The notes under the pieces were generated by a model. It searched no databases and had not been told where the DNA came from. It was given only the letters and a program-made list of their open reading frames with translations. From Candidatus Bathyarchaeia archaeon (GTDB lineage: Archaea; Thermoproteota; Bathyarchaeia; Bathyarchaeales; Bathycorpusculaceae): a DNA stretch of 64,000 bases. The DNA lies in NCBI GenBank assembly GCA_049516875.1, contig JBEKSS010000012.1, positions 1 through 64,000 on the forward strand. The letters run 5' to 3'. Below, in pieces: positions 51,215 through 61,310 of the stretch (positions are counted from its first letter, which is position 1; each line of letters starts with the position of its first letter). Both the position numbers and the translations under genes were made by a program.

Positions 51215-53815
51215 ACGAAGAGAGTACTAGCGGTAACAGCGATGCTAGTAGTTGTTTTTTCCATGTTTTCAGTCTTCACACAGGTGAAGGCTCAAGGTGC
51301 AAGTAGTCTTAACGCGAGTAGTACTCAGTCTTCACCAGAGACTTATCCAATTTCAAATTTCACTGATTTCCAAAATGGAACGACGTTGACGGTCGTCGAC
51401 TTTGGAAATGGGACATTGGATGAAACTTTCGAGACCCTAGTCAACAAAACCGCAACTCTTAACGTTCTGAATGACGCGTCGAATCAGTCTATCTCCTTGT
51501 TCACTTCTGAACAGGAACATACGAGTTACAAAAACTCAACCCAAACAGCAATGATGGAGCAGCAGCTGCTCATGGGTTTCACATATGAAATCGCCAAATA
51601 CCGTATGCAATGGGATTGGAGCACAAATCTATGGTTACTGCAGGCTTATGTTGAGGTAGGAATCAATGTAGACATTGAATTTGGGCTGAGATTACCTGTA
51701 AACATAACTGTTGAATATCCCGAACAAATGACCATTGGTCGTAATTACACCTTCTACGCGACCATTACACCCATTGACAAACCCAATTTCAATGAGGGTC
51801 TATGCGTGTTCCAAGCGTATGTATGGGCGGAAGCTGGAGTTTGGACACCTTTTACAGGTTGGGTGGTGTATCGTGCACAGTATGGGCCTGACTATGATCT
51901 TTCACAGAGTTTTCAAACGCCTCTTGGTCACGCTATAGCGTTTCCAATTAGCCCAATATATGCGAAAGTGTTTGAGGCAGATTGGGTTTGTCCTTTTGAT
52001 TTTCTCGATATTTATTTGGGAGGTCAACCCGGATTCGGCTCAGACAGAGTTACTGCCGTGGCCAACGTAACAGGAGACGGCCAAGTAGTGGCTGGATCCA
52101 ACATAACATGGACAGCACCTGGCCAGCGTCTACCATTCACAGTGCTTGCCAACAACTTGGATCCGACGACTAGTTACGCAAATATCAGCATTTCAAATTT
52201 CAGGTACTACTTCACCAACTTCTATATGCGGTTCTGGCTGAAATTCGATTTTAATTCATGGATAGACTGGCTTACAGGCGACCCAGAGATACCTATCTAC
52301 ACTCTAGATCTTAGCTGGCTTGTCAGAAACCTCAATGGATATGTGGGGACGCATCTTGGATATCCAAACAGCGTCAACGTGGATCTATTCGTCAAGAACT
52401 ATGGTGTTCAAATAATACAGATTAACCCCTCAGTCGCGAGTATAGAAGCCACTGAATCAGCTTTATTCGAAGTTTCAATAATGAACACAGGCAGTGTTAA
52501 CGATACATTTGAATTGTCTCTTCAAGGAGTTCCAAGTGATTGGCAATATAGCTTTTCTGAGAACGATCTTAATGTGACGCCAGGAAATATGATGAAATCG
52601 CACTTTTCGATAAAACCGCCTGGAAACGTCAGTCAGGGGCATTTCTCTTACAACGTTACAGTCTCCAGCATGATGGCGCCTTTAGACGGCTTGGTCGCAA
52701 CTGATCTGAGGACTTTTGCGATTGATGTCTCGCCACGGGCTCCTCCTCAAATCCAAGTTCTTATTCCCCAAAACACAACATATGCCACCAATACCATTGC
52801 GCTCAACTTCACGATCAACAAACCTAGCGTTTGGATCGGATACAACCTTGACAACACTGGGAATATCACAGTTCTCGGAAACACAACCCTTATCGGCTTG
52901 CTCGATGGTTCTCATAACGTCGTCGTTTTCGCGAATGATAGCTTGGGGGATATGGGCTCATCCGATCTCGTCTATTTCTCAGTCCGAATTCCAATTCATG
53001 ATGTCGCCGTGATTGACGTCGTATCCTCCGCTGCTCAAGTGTTTCAAGGTGCCGTGGTGAATGTCGACGTCACCGTCAAAAACAACGGAACAGAACCAGA
53101 AACATTCACTGTCAAAGCATACTATAACACTACAGCAATAGGCACGATTAATAACGTGTTTCTCAACCCAGCCGATACTCAGATCCTTACGTTTGCCTGG
53201 AATACTTCAACTGTTACTCCTGGAGTTTATACCCTGAAAGGGGAGGCTGGCCAAGTTCCTAATGAGGTCAACACAGCTAATAACGTGAAAGTCGATGGAA
53301 CTGTGTCGATTCAAGCGCAAGCTGAAGAAAAGTTCTACGTCACAGTCAATGTGACTGACAACAAGGGAAATCCAATATCAAATGCTGCCGTTTACACCAA
53401 CCTAGAATCGAAACTGACGGACGGCGGATTTGTAGTGTTCACGTTCACAAAGGGCAACTATACGATAAACGCCTATAAACAAGGTTATCAGTCTGGATCA
53501 GCCAACGTTTACGTGGACCAGAACATGACCCTCGTCCTTGTTCTATCACCGATACCGATTCCTTCAGTAGTCGGGGGCTACTCCGTTTCTATGAAAGGAC
53601 ATAGCACAACAACACCAACTTCATTCTATCTCACTATGGCAATAATGCTGTCCGCTCTCTTCACAGCAATTAGACGCAAAACACGGAAAGAAAAAACAAC
53701 TAGTATTTTAGGAGAACGCGTTCCTTCCATCGATAGACAATGTACTTCGCAAGGTTCAGTTGTCTGTTCTTCTCTGTTTTGTCCAAACTGTAAGGCAAGA
53801 AGGAAAGCGCAGTAA
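51215..53815 (+). CDS. Large secreted/surface glycoprotein with Ig-like and CARDB domains and a C-terminal anchor
   Basis: Signal peptide, many NxS/T sites, HDVAV...V.V.VKNNG, VGGYS plus TM tail; ACG start inferred (ATG at 51242 is the alternative). Confidence 0.85.
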   Translation, partial: TKRVLAVTAMLVVVFSMFSVFTQVKAQGASSLNASSTQSSPETYPISNFTDFQNGTTLTVVDFGNGTLDETFETLVNKTATLNVLNDASNQSISLFTSEQEHTSYKNSTQTAMMEQQLLMGFTYEIAKYRMQWDWSTNLWLLQAYVEVGINVDIEFGLRLPVNITVEYPEQMTIGRNYTFYATITPIDKPNFNEGLCVFQAYVWAEAGVWTPFTGWVVYRAQYGPDYDLSQSFQTPLGHAIAFPISPIYAKVFEADWVCPFDFLDIYLGGQPGFGSDRVTAVANVTGDGQVVAGSNITWTAPGQRLPFTVLANNLDPTTSYANISISNFRYYFTNFYMRFWLKFDFNSWIDWLTGDPEIPIYTLDLSWLVRNLNGYVGTHLGYPNSVNVDLFVKNYGVQIIQINPSVASIEATESALFEVSIMNTGSVNDTFELSLQGVPSDWQYSFSENDLNVTPGNMMKSHFSIKPPGNVSQGHFSYNVTVSSMMAPLDGLVATDLRTFAIDVSPRAPPQIQVLIPQNTTYATNTIALNFTINKPSVWIGYNLDNTGNITVLGNTTLIGLLDGSHNVVVFANDSLGDMGSSDLVYFSVRIPIHDVAVIDVVSSAAQVFQGAVVNVDVTVKNNGTEPETFTVKAYYNTTAIGTINNVFLNPADTQILTFAWNTSTVTPGVYTLKGEAGQVPNEVNTANNVKVDGTVSIQAQAEEKFYVTVNVTDNKGNPISNAAVYTNLESKLTDGGFVVFTFTKGNYTINAYKQGYQSGSANVYVDQNMTLVLVLSPIPIPSVVGGYSVSMKGHSTTTPTSFYLTMAIMLSALFTAIRRKTRKEKTTSILGERVPSIDRQCTSQGSVVCSSLFCPNCKARRKAQ

Positions 53816-54184
53816 TTAGAAGACTGTGTTTGACTACAATCTTTGAAAACCACCCACCAAAACGTTAGGGCTAGGGTCGTTTAGATACCATGACGCTTCA
53901 AGACCCCTGAGCGTGCCATTTTTGCATGCCTTGGTTATACTGATGGCGTGAGATATGGTTGAACTTGATGTTTGGCATTGATGGTAGTTCGGGATTGCCT
54001 CTGATATCTCCCTAGTCTTGATGGTATTTCAGAAAGTGTTAACAGAACAAGATTGTTGTATCTGATAGTCTAACTATTAGAAGAATGACAAATGCACATA
54101 CGGCACATACCGAGCCTTGACCTTGACTCTCAATTATCGGCTAGAATCGCAGTTTTCTCGGATTATTGAGAGCGCGCGCTCGAA

Positions 54185-54480
54185 CCCGCGACGTGTGGAG
54201 CGGGAGACAGTAACCCTTAACTTTTCAGCCACTCCATTCTTCCTTGGCGATGACAAGAAATCGAGCCCTTCACAATCCCGCCGATACATCCACGCAGACG
54301 GACTCAACGGAAGAGGGCAAGCCTCAGGCTTGCCGGTTCTTGTGATGGCGAGTTTACCCAAGCATGGGACACGGCGGGCGCGGGCCAAAAACCCTACGAC
54401 GGAGAGAGCTTAACCTAGAAGGGCGCAACGCCCCACAGTGAAGTTAAGTGTTAGGTTACGTAGGAAACAAGCAGGCCCGC
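54185..54480. ncRNA. Candidate structured non-coding RNA, ~300 nt, probably minus strand
   Basis: GC-rich intergenic segment with several nested long-range helices and no credible ORF. Confidence 0.55.
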
Positions 54481-54547
54481 GAAAAACAACTCTTAAGTTT
54501 GTCATATGCATACAGATAGGTAAAACCTGAAGCAGGCAGAGCAGAAT

Positions 54548-55636
54548 TTGGACATAGAAACAAAAATCGAGCTCGTGTGCAGACCGCCAACGGAAGAAGT
54601 CATAACCCCGGAAGACTTGCGGAAGCTTTTGGAAACCGAGCAGCATCCCATAGCCTACAACGGCTGGGAACCATCGGGCCTGGTGCATCTTGGAACCGGG
54701 TTGGTTTGCGCGTACAAGATGAAGGATTTCATAGAAGCAGGAATACGGTATAAAGCCTATCTTTCTACGTGGCATGCTTGGCTCAACAATAAGATGGGCG
54801 GCGACCTGAAACTCATCAGAAAAGCCGCAGATCTCTTCAAACACTCATGGATAGCCCTGGGTGTTCCAGAAGACAAAGTCGAATTCATCTACTCAGACGA
54901 ACTCTACGATGACTTGAAGTACTGGGAAAAAATGGTACTGATAGCAAAAAACCTTTCAATAGCCAGAGTAACCCGCACACTCGAGATCGCGGGAAGACAG
55001 GAATCTGAAGCCAAACACGTTTCAGACTACCTGTACACGCCCATGCAGGTAGCCGACATATTCCACATGGAAGTTAAAATCTGCCAACTCGGCATAGACC
55101 AACGCAAAGCCAACGTCGTAGCACGTGAACTGGGCGAAAAACTCGGATGCTGGAAACCCGTGTGCGTCCATCACAGCCAGCTCCAAGGCCTCGCCAAACC
55201 GCCCGTCTGGCCCATTCCGAAAGAGAAAGAAAGAGAAATATTATCATCAATAAAGATGTCAAAAAGCAAACCAGAAACCTGCATCTTCATCTATGACCAC
55301 CCTGAGGAAATCAAACAGAAAATCTCACAGGCCTTCTGCCCCGAAAAAACCGTGGAGTACAACCCAATCCTAGAAATATGCAAATTCATAATCTTCAGAG
55401 AAAACAAAACCTTCACCATACAAAGACCAGACAAGTTCGGCGGCCCAATCACCTTCGACAACCTCAAAGAACTTCAGAAAGCCTATGCAGAGGGAAAACT
55501 GCACCCGCAAGACCTCAAGAACGCTGTCGCAGAGGAACTCGCAAGAATCCTCGAACCCGTCAGAAAATACTTTGAAAACAACAAAGAAGCAAAAGAATGC
55601 CTCAACACCGTGAAAAACGTTAAGGTAACAAGGTAA
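54548..55636 (+). CDS. tyrS: Tyrosine-tRNA ligase
   Basis: YNGWEPSG..HLG, Y..MQVAD, G.DQRK, KMSKS. Confidence 0.97.
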   Translation: MDIETKIELVCRPPTEEVITPEDLRKLLETEQHPIAYNGWEPSGLVHLGTGLVCAYKMKDFIEAGIRYKAYLSTWHAWLNNKMGGDLKLIRKAADLFKHSWIALGVPEDKVEFIYSDELYDDLKYWEKMVLIAKNLSIARVTRTLEIAGRQESEAKHVSDYLYTPMQVADIFHMEVKICQLGIDQRKANVVARELGEKLGCWKPVCVHHSQLQGLAKPPVWPIPKEKEREILSSIKMSKSKPETCIFIYDHPEEIKQKISQAFCPEKTVEYNPILEICKFIIFRENKTFTIQRPDKFGGPITFDNLKELQKAYAEGKLHPQDLKNAVAEELARILEPVRKYFENNKEAKECLNTVKNVKVTR

Positions 55637-55641
55637 AAACC

Positions 55642-56004
55642 TTGTCGGCACATCTCAGGGAAAGACAAGAAAAAATCCAGCAAATTCTAGAATGCCTAGC
55701 AGAAGAATCAGCCAGAGGAACACCCATAATAGTTGAAGGAAAAAAAGACGTAGAGACCCTGAGAACGCTGGGAGTGCAAGGGCAAATAGTGACTGCAAAA
55801 ACCGGCGGAAAATCCCGTTTAGACCTCATCTCTGAAATAGAGACAACCGGAAACCGAGAAGTCATTCTGCTCCTGGATTTTGACAGACGAGGAAAAGAAT
55901 GGACAGCAATCTTGAGAGAAAACCTGGAAAAAGCAAGGATAAAAACCAACATCACATTCCGGAAAGAACTGCAAACGTTGAGTAGAAAACTCGGCGAAAC
56001 ATGA
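55642..56004 (+). CDS. Small TOPRIM-domain protein, C-terminus possibly truncated
   Basis: IIVEGKKD, ILLLDFDRRG. Confidence 0.85.
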   Translation: MSAHLRERQEKIQQILECLAEESARGTPIIVEGKKDVETLRTLGVQGQIVTAKTGGKSRLDLISEIETTGNREVILLLDFDRRGKEWTAILRENLEKARIKTNITFRKELQTLSRKLGET

Positions 56005-56196
56005 AACCTGACCTGCTTCCAGTCGGTCCACACCACATCCATCACCCGATCCTCTCAGCACGATAGCACTCAAGGCTTCGCCGCAGAAACACTCGTCGGC
56101 AAATGAACCTTTGACAAAACCTAGAGAAGAATAAGAGGTTCTGTGTAGTCTTTGTCGAATTAGGGGTTCATGCGAAAAATCGTCGGATGACTAATC

Positions 56197-56661
56197 TTAG
56201 ACTAATGTTAATTCTACTTTCTTTTTATCAACATAAACTTGGAACTTTGCAAGGACTTCCATTCCCAGTACACTTGGACAGTATCTAAGCATTTTTTCTC
56301 TCTCCACCTCTGTTGCGTCTGCAGGAATGCCGATTATTTGAAAACCGCCACCGTATGTAATCTTGTGTTCTTCTTTTGGAGACTTGAATGTCAAAATGAC
56401 TGAGCGATTTATTATCTTGTTCCTGAACGTCCCACCGAATCCTATCGCTCCCTTTTTAGCTTCTGGCAGAAGCGCAAACTCAAGTCCAAGAAGGTTAGCT
56501 TCTTTTTCAGTTATTGCAGAATACGTGGAACCAGTATCAACAAGAAAATTAATGATTCTACCACAATGAAAAGCAGGTACCTCAAATAAAACAGGGATTA
56601 TCGGACGATTGTTGTTAATAGTTAACCCAGTAAACTTGAAAAGTTTTCCCTCACAATGGGC
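56197..56661 (-). CDS. Retropepsin-like aspartyl protease; no canonical start upstream of the active site
   Basis: Open frame upstream of the 65-aa ORF gives RPII...FLVDTGSTYSAI...GFGG, ending SVLGMEVL; 5' coordinate is the frame limit. Confidence 0.8.
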   Translation of the reverse strand, partial: AHCEGKLFKFTGLTINNNRPIIPVLFEVPAFHCGRIINFLVDTGSTYSAITEKEANLLGLEFALLPEAKKGAIGFGGTFRNKIINRSVILTFKSPKEEHKITYGGGFQIIGIPADATEVEREKMLRYCPSVLGMEVLAKFQVYVDKKKVELTLV

Positions 56662-56898
56662 CTAGAAGAACATAGCCAATTGCTTTGAATCTATGAACTC
56701 TACTATCGCAGCTTTTTTGTCTGCTTTCTTGAGCATATTGGTTATATTTTCGTATGTGCTACCCTTTGCAATTATTTTCTTGTTTTGTATTACAATCCAT
56801 TGATTGTTATAATCTCTCCTTATATTTTTATAATTCTCCTTAAACCATTCCAAATTTTCTCTTGAAAGCTTGAACAATTCATCCTTTTCTGTTGGCAT
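56662..56898 (-). CDS. DUF5678-like protein
   Basis: EWF.ENY..I...Y..QWIVI....IIA.G. Confidence 0.8.
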   Translation of the reverse strand: MPTEKDELFKLSRENLEWFKENYKNIRRDYNNQWIVIQNKKIIAKGSTYENITNMLKKADKKAAIVEFIDSKQLAMFF

Positions 56899-57364
56899 GT
56901 TTTCTCTCTCCCATTAGCCAATATCAACATGAAACAGTTATTTAATTGTTGTTCTAACAACAAGTCTGAAACATTATATGATTTATGAAGCTTTCATACA
57001 CTTTACAGCTTCAAGCAACAATGTTATGGCTGAGATTACGCAGATAAACACTCCATCGTTTTACCCAATAGCTTGAGATACAATTCTCTCATAAACAAGG
57101 CTCAAACATTAATTGAGGAGATAATCACTCAAGATACGCCCTTGTTTCTGCAACACCGAAAGCTATCCGACGAATTTTCACAGAGAAAACCATCCGACGA
57201 AGACTACACAGAACCAAATAAGAAAACCTTAAAGAGCATGATCAATAATTCATAAACGTAATATATAGTGAACGTTAAGATACAGTCTCGTGATTCGAAA
57301 ACAAATAATCTCGAGTCACGCGATTAACGCTAACCCTTAACAAATCACTCGGAGGTGCATTAAT

Positions 57365-58525
57365 ACGGGTTCATCCCAAACGTTTACCATAAAGTATGTT
57401 ATACACGCGCAATTCGAAATAGAAGGAGTAGTTGAAAAACCGGACGTGATAGGCGCAGTTTTCGGGCAGACAGAAGGCCTTTTTGGACCAGAGCTTGACC
57501 TGAGGGAACTGCAAAAATCGGGCAGAATCGGAAGAATAGAAATAGAGTTACACTCAAAAAACGATAAGACAACTGGCACGATAACCGTTCCAACAAGCCT
57601 AGACAGGGTTTCCACAGCGTTGATTGCCGCGAGCATCGAAAGCATAAACAGGGTAGGCCCATGCGCTTCAAAGGTAACCCTTGAAAAGGTCGAGGATGTC
57701 AGAGAAGCCCGAAGAAAGGTAATCATTGACAGAGCCAAAGACATCCTTCACAAGTGGACAATCGAGTCGATGCCTTCAGTGGACGAAGTGTTCAAGGAAG
57801 TGTCTGAAACACTCAAAATGGGCAAAGTTGGAAAATACGGCACGGAAGAACTGCCTTCAGGCCCTGGACTTGAAATTGCAAAAGAAATAATCATTGTTGA
57901 AGGAAGAGCAGACATCATAAACCTCATGCGCTGCGGGCTGATGAACACTGTGGCTCTGGAAGGTGCAAAGGTTCCAGAGGCGATAAAGACGCTGTGCAAG
58001 GAAAAGGAAGCAACAGCCCTCCTCGACGGAGACAGAGGCGGAGACCTGATCTTCAAAGAACTCTTACAGGTCACCGACATAAAATACATTGCCAGAGCAC
58101 CAAGAGGAAAAGAAGTTGAGGAACTAAACTGCAAGGAAATATTCGAAGCCCTCGAGGCAAAAATCTCCATCCAAGAACCAACCAAACTGGAAGCGCCGAA
58201 ACCGCCGAAACGGGAAAAGCAGAAAATAGAGGTTCCAAAAGAAATCGTTGAAACAATGAAATCATTAGAAGGCACGTTGGAAGCCGTGCTTCTGAACGAA
58301 AAATCGGAACAGATGGAACGGTTGCCGGTGAGCCAACTTGCCGAAAAACTCCAAAAGGCTGAAGGCGTGGACACCATAGTCTTCGACGGCATCATAACAC
58401 AGCGAATCGTCGACGTGTCAAGCGAGAAGAATATAAAAAGAATAATCGCTTCACGCGTCTCGGACGCTGTTAGACCGTCATTAACGGTGCAGCTCATGAC
58501 CTTTGCAGAAGTCACCGAGGGCTAA
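57365..58525 (+). CDS. dnaG: Archaeal DnaG (exosome-associated); probable ACG start
   Basis: KY.I.A.FEIEGVVEKPDVIGA.FGQTEGL, VEGRAD, DGDRGG. Confidence 0.97.
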   Translation, partial: TGSSQTFTIKYVIHAQFEIEGVVEKPDVIGAVFGQTEGLFGPELDLRELQKSGRIGRIEIELHSKNDKTTGTITVPTSLDRVSTALIAASIESINRVGPCASKVTLEKVEDVREARRKVIIDRAKDILHKWTIESMPSVDEVFKEVSETLKMGKVGKYGTEELPSGPGLEIAKEIIIVEGRADIINLMRCGLMNTVALEGAKVPEAIKTLCKEKEATALLDGDRGGDLIFKELLQVTDIKYIARAPRGKEVEELNCKEIFEALEAKISIQEPTKLEAPKPPKREKQKIEVPKEIVETMKSLEGTLEAVLLNEKSEQMERLPVSQLAEKLQKAEGVDTIVFDGIITQRIVDVSSEKNIKRIIASRVSDAVRPSLTVQLMTFAEVTEG

Positions 58526-60912
58526 CCGCCAAAAAAATCTGTGAGTTTCCTGGTTTCTTTCCCACCAGTCCTAGACTCCAACAGTTGCTCCTCAGCCACC
58601 CCGAAGCTTTCAAGAATTCTGGCCGCCGCGGGCACAATTTGCTTAGACACGTAGTACTCTATGTCAACGTCATCGTAAGAAGCCAGCACGTAGGGCTTAA
58701 CCCTTTCATACAAGCGGCCTGTGCCACCGACCACCACGTAGCCTATTTTATCCCCCACTGCCAGTTCCCAGCCCTTCGCCCTCAGCATCTTTGCAGCTTC
58801 AACATGCGAGGCTCTAACCTCATACTGCTCAGCAGGCTTACTCAGCGTTTTCCAGATGACAAGATCATGGTATGGAACGCGCTTTTGCTGAAGCTCATAG
58901 ATGAACTGATGCACAAAATCCACAGCCTTCCTAGGCGATTGCTCCTTCAAAACTATTTCCAGAACCTTCTCTTGAACCGTTTTGGCAATGGTCGCCCAGT
59001 CTCCCCGTACAACCTCCATGCCCACGATGTCAAGCCGACCATCAGGCAGAAGTCCAGCATACCGCTTCTTGGCCTCTGTGAAAAAGATTCTCACATAAAC
59101 CTTGTCGAGCTTGATTTCCAATCCCAACTTTTTCCCGATGTCCTTCGCAAGTTTCTCAATTCTGCCAGGCTGATTCTCTATGAATATGCTGTCTGTGTCG
59201 CCGTAAACGACCTTCAACCCGTCCTTCTCAGCCATGTCAATCGCTGTGAGTATGGTGTGTCTTCCCCAAGCGGCCGCTGCCTCAGCCACGGGCTTAACGT
59301 ACCACCTTGCACCCGTCCACCCAGCATAGCCGTAAGACGCGTTAGTGATAACCTTCAGGGCCTTTTGCCGCGCGTCCAGAACACGATACTCAACGCTTTT
59401 CGGCTGAAGCTCCTTCATTTTTAGACGGATTTCATCCCGTACGCTGATGAGATAGGACAGGACTTCCTTGTAGAAGCCGGGAGGTTCTTTGCGAAACTTG
59501 TGCTTGACTTCTGGGGTCACGTAAACTCCGCCAGGCGGTTCAGGTTCTTTCGGCGTTACGTAAGTGTCTGGAGAGAGGTTGTAGGTGATCATGATGTTAG
59601 GGTACATAGACTTGAAGTCGAGGACAGCGATGTTTTCGTGCAATCCCGGCTTTGGCTGAAGCACAAGGCCACCAGCGTACGGTCTGTAAGGCTGCTCGAT
59701 TCTCCTAGGCACAAGCTCACCGAGTTTGTGAGTGTGCCTTATCAGAAACCATTCAACCCGAAAGCCTGCTGCTGCCGTGCCGACATGATCCAACGGCAGA
59801 CCTACAAGGTTAGAGAGTTGCATGGCAAAATCCAAGATTGCATCAGTTATTCCCATGACACAACAAGTGTTGTCCATGGAAAACTGTTTCAGGATTCCGC
59901 GTTTCTCTTTGTTGTCCCAGTAGTCTGCGAAGTTTATGTCCTCGACGATTTCGCGGTTTTCAATCTTCATGACGCCAAGATAGTCGGCCAAATTAGCCAG
60001 AGTCTTCACTTTAACTTCTGGAAACTCTTCCGCATAATCGACCAAATCCAGATTAACCCTGCCATTAAGCGAGATATGACCGTAAACACTCGTGTGCGGT
60101 TCCGTTTTCGCTCGGTCAATGCGCAGATGCATACCAAGCTTCTTGCACCTTTCAGTGAGGTACGGCCATTCCTGCCCATTCACACCATAGCCAACGATAA
60201 TGTCAGGATTAACGCTTTCAACATAATTCATGAAGGCCTCCAGGACTGGCTTGTCGCTTCTGCTTTCGTCCGCCAAGAATTGCTTTTGTTCGCCACGGTT
60301 CGTCGCAGCCGAAATGATGACAACGGGGTTTCTGTCGGGTTTAGGAGAGCCTTCTCGGCTATAGTATATTGTAGAAAAGCCCAGCACGCGCAGCGGCGGA
60401 CCCTCAGCTTTTTCAACCGGTTTTGGGAACGATTTTGCCAGGTAAACCTTGTCTATTCGGACGCCCAGCCTGTTTGCTTCCTCAACTGCCTCTATTTCAT
60501 GCCATCCACACGGAACAACATCGTTGTCAATAAGGTAACGCATGGCAACACGAACGTCATCTTCGAAACACTCTCTCACGCCTTCGAACTCTCGAACCTG
60601 CTTTGCACACCTCGCTATTCCTTCAGCATTCTTGCAGTAAACCCTGACTGCTTTCACAGGTTTTCCAAAAAACTTGCGCTCAACAACCTCAGGCTTCGCC
60701 GCCAAAACGCAATGGCTCGCGACAATTTCTTCAACAACCTTTCCAGGATCCGCATCATCTGCAACTACCGCATAGAAGTACGGAACAAAACTCCTGTCGA
60801 CGATAAGCACTCTCTCGCCCGCGCTGCTTATGCCCCAGACCCAAATTTCCGACAACTCATCCTTGGCCTCATAGTTAATATCGAGAAGCCAAAAAGTGAC
60901 CTTCATGGCCAA
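58522..60912 (-). CDS. polB: Family B DNA polymerase (PolB3-like)
   Basis: DFKSMYP, K...NASYGY, YGDTDS, KKRYA. Confidence 0.97.
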   Translation of the reverse strand: MAMKVTFWLLDINYEAKDELSEIWVWGISSAGERVLIVDRSFVPYFYAVVADDADPGKVVEEIVASHCVLAAKPEVVERKFFGKPVKAVRVYCKNAEGIARCAKQVREFEGVRECFEDDVRVAMRYLIDNDVVPCGWHEIEAVEEANRLGVRIDKVYLAKSFPKPVEKAEGPPLRVLGFSTIYYSREGSPKPDRNPVVIISAATNRGEQKQFLADESRSDKPVLEAFMNYVESVNPDIIVGYGVNGQEWPYLTERCKKLGMHLRIDRAKTEPHTSVYGHISLNGRVNLDLVDYAEEFPEVKVKTLANLADYLGVMKIENREIVEDINFADYWDNKEKRGILKQFSMDNTCCVMGITDAILDFAMQLSNLVGLPLDHVGTAAAGFRVEWFLIRHTHKLGELVPRRIEQPYRPYAGGLVLQPKPGLHENIAVLDFKSMYPNIMITYNLSPDTYVTPKEPEPPGGVYVTPEVKHKFRKEPPGFYKEVLSYLISVRDEIRLKMKELQPKSVEYRVLDARQKALKVITNASYGYAGWTGARWYVKPVAEAAAAWGRHTILTAIDMAEKDGLKVVYGDTDSIFIENQPGRIEKLAKDIGKKLGLEIKLDKVYVRIFFTEAKKRYAGLLPDGRLDIVGMEVVRGDWATIAKTVQEKVLEIVLKEQSPRKAVDFVHQFIYELQQKRVPYHDLVIWKTLSKPAEQYEVRASHVEAAKMLRAKGWELAVGDKIGYVVVGGTGRLYERVKPYVLASYDDVDIEYYVSKQIVPAAARILESFGVAEEQLLESRTGGKETRKLTDFFGG

Positions 60913-61078
60913 CCCCCCATCTCAAATAACCAATACTGAGCAAAAGCCACTCTTAAACACTTCACGCATGAAAAGCAAGAAAAAAGAATCGAACACAAAA
61001 CAAAAGATTCGTACCCCCACTCGACGGTTTGAGCCTCAAAAAAACCACGGTTTAGTCACAAATTAGAATCACTTTTCG

Positions 61079-61094
61079 ACGCGCGCGCGCGCGT
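61079..61094. repeat. A(CG)7T perfect palindrome, the longest (GC)n tract in the window
   Basis: ACGCGCGCGCGCGCGT read directly. Confidence 0.95.
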
Positions 61095-61310
61095 GATTTA
61101 TGACGATTTCATCATGGCCAAAATCACAAACGGTCGGAATCCCCGTCTATGGTGGGAAGAAGAGGGAGAAGAATCGGCTATTTTCCTTCGGTTTCTAAAA
61201 TGACATGGAGACATGAGTCAGTTATGATATATGGCAAATCTCAAGACCGATACAGAGACCTTAAGACGGGTCGTTTCATCAAGAAGCCTTAGAAAAACAG
61301 AAGCGCGCGC

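Noticed and set aside
54185-54480. Assignment as RNase P or SRP RNA; ORFs 54117-54413 and 54134-54388
   Set aside because: Diagnostic RNA motifs not found on either strand; the ORFs lack protein-like features
57073-57255. 60-aa ORF upstream of dnaG
   Set aside because: No motif or SD; cannot be supported as a gene
58585-60939. Long plus-strand ORFs (279 and 479 aa)
   Set aside because: Antisense shadows of polB with no recognisable motifs
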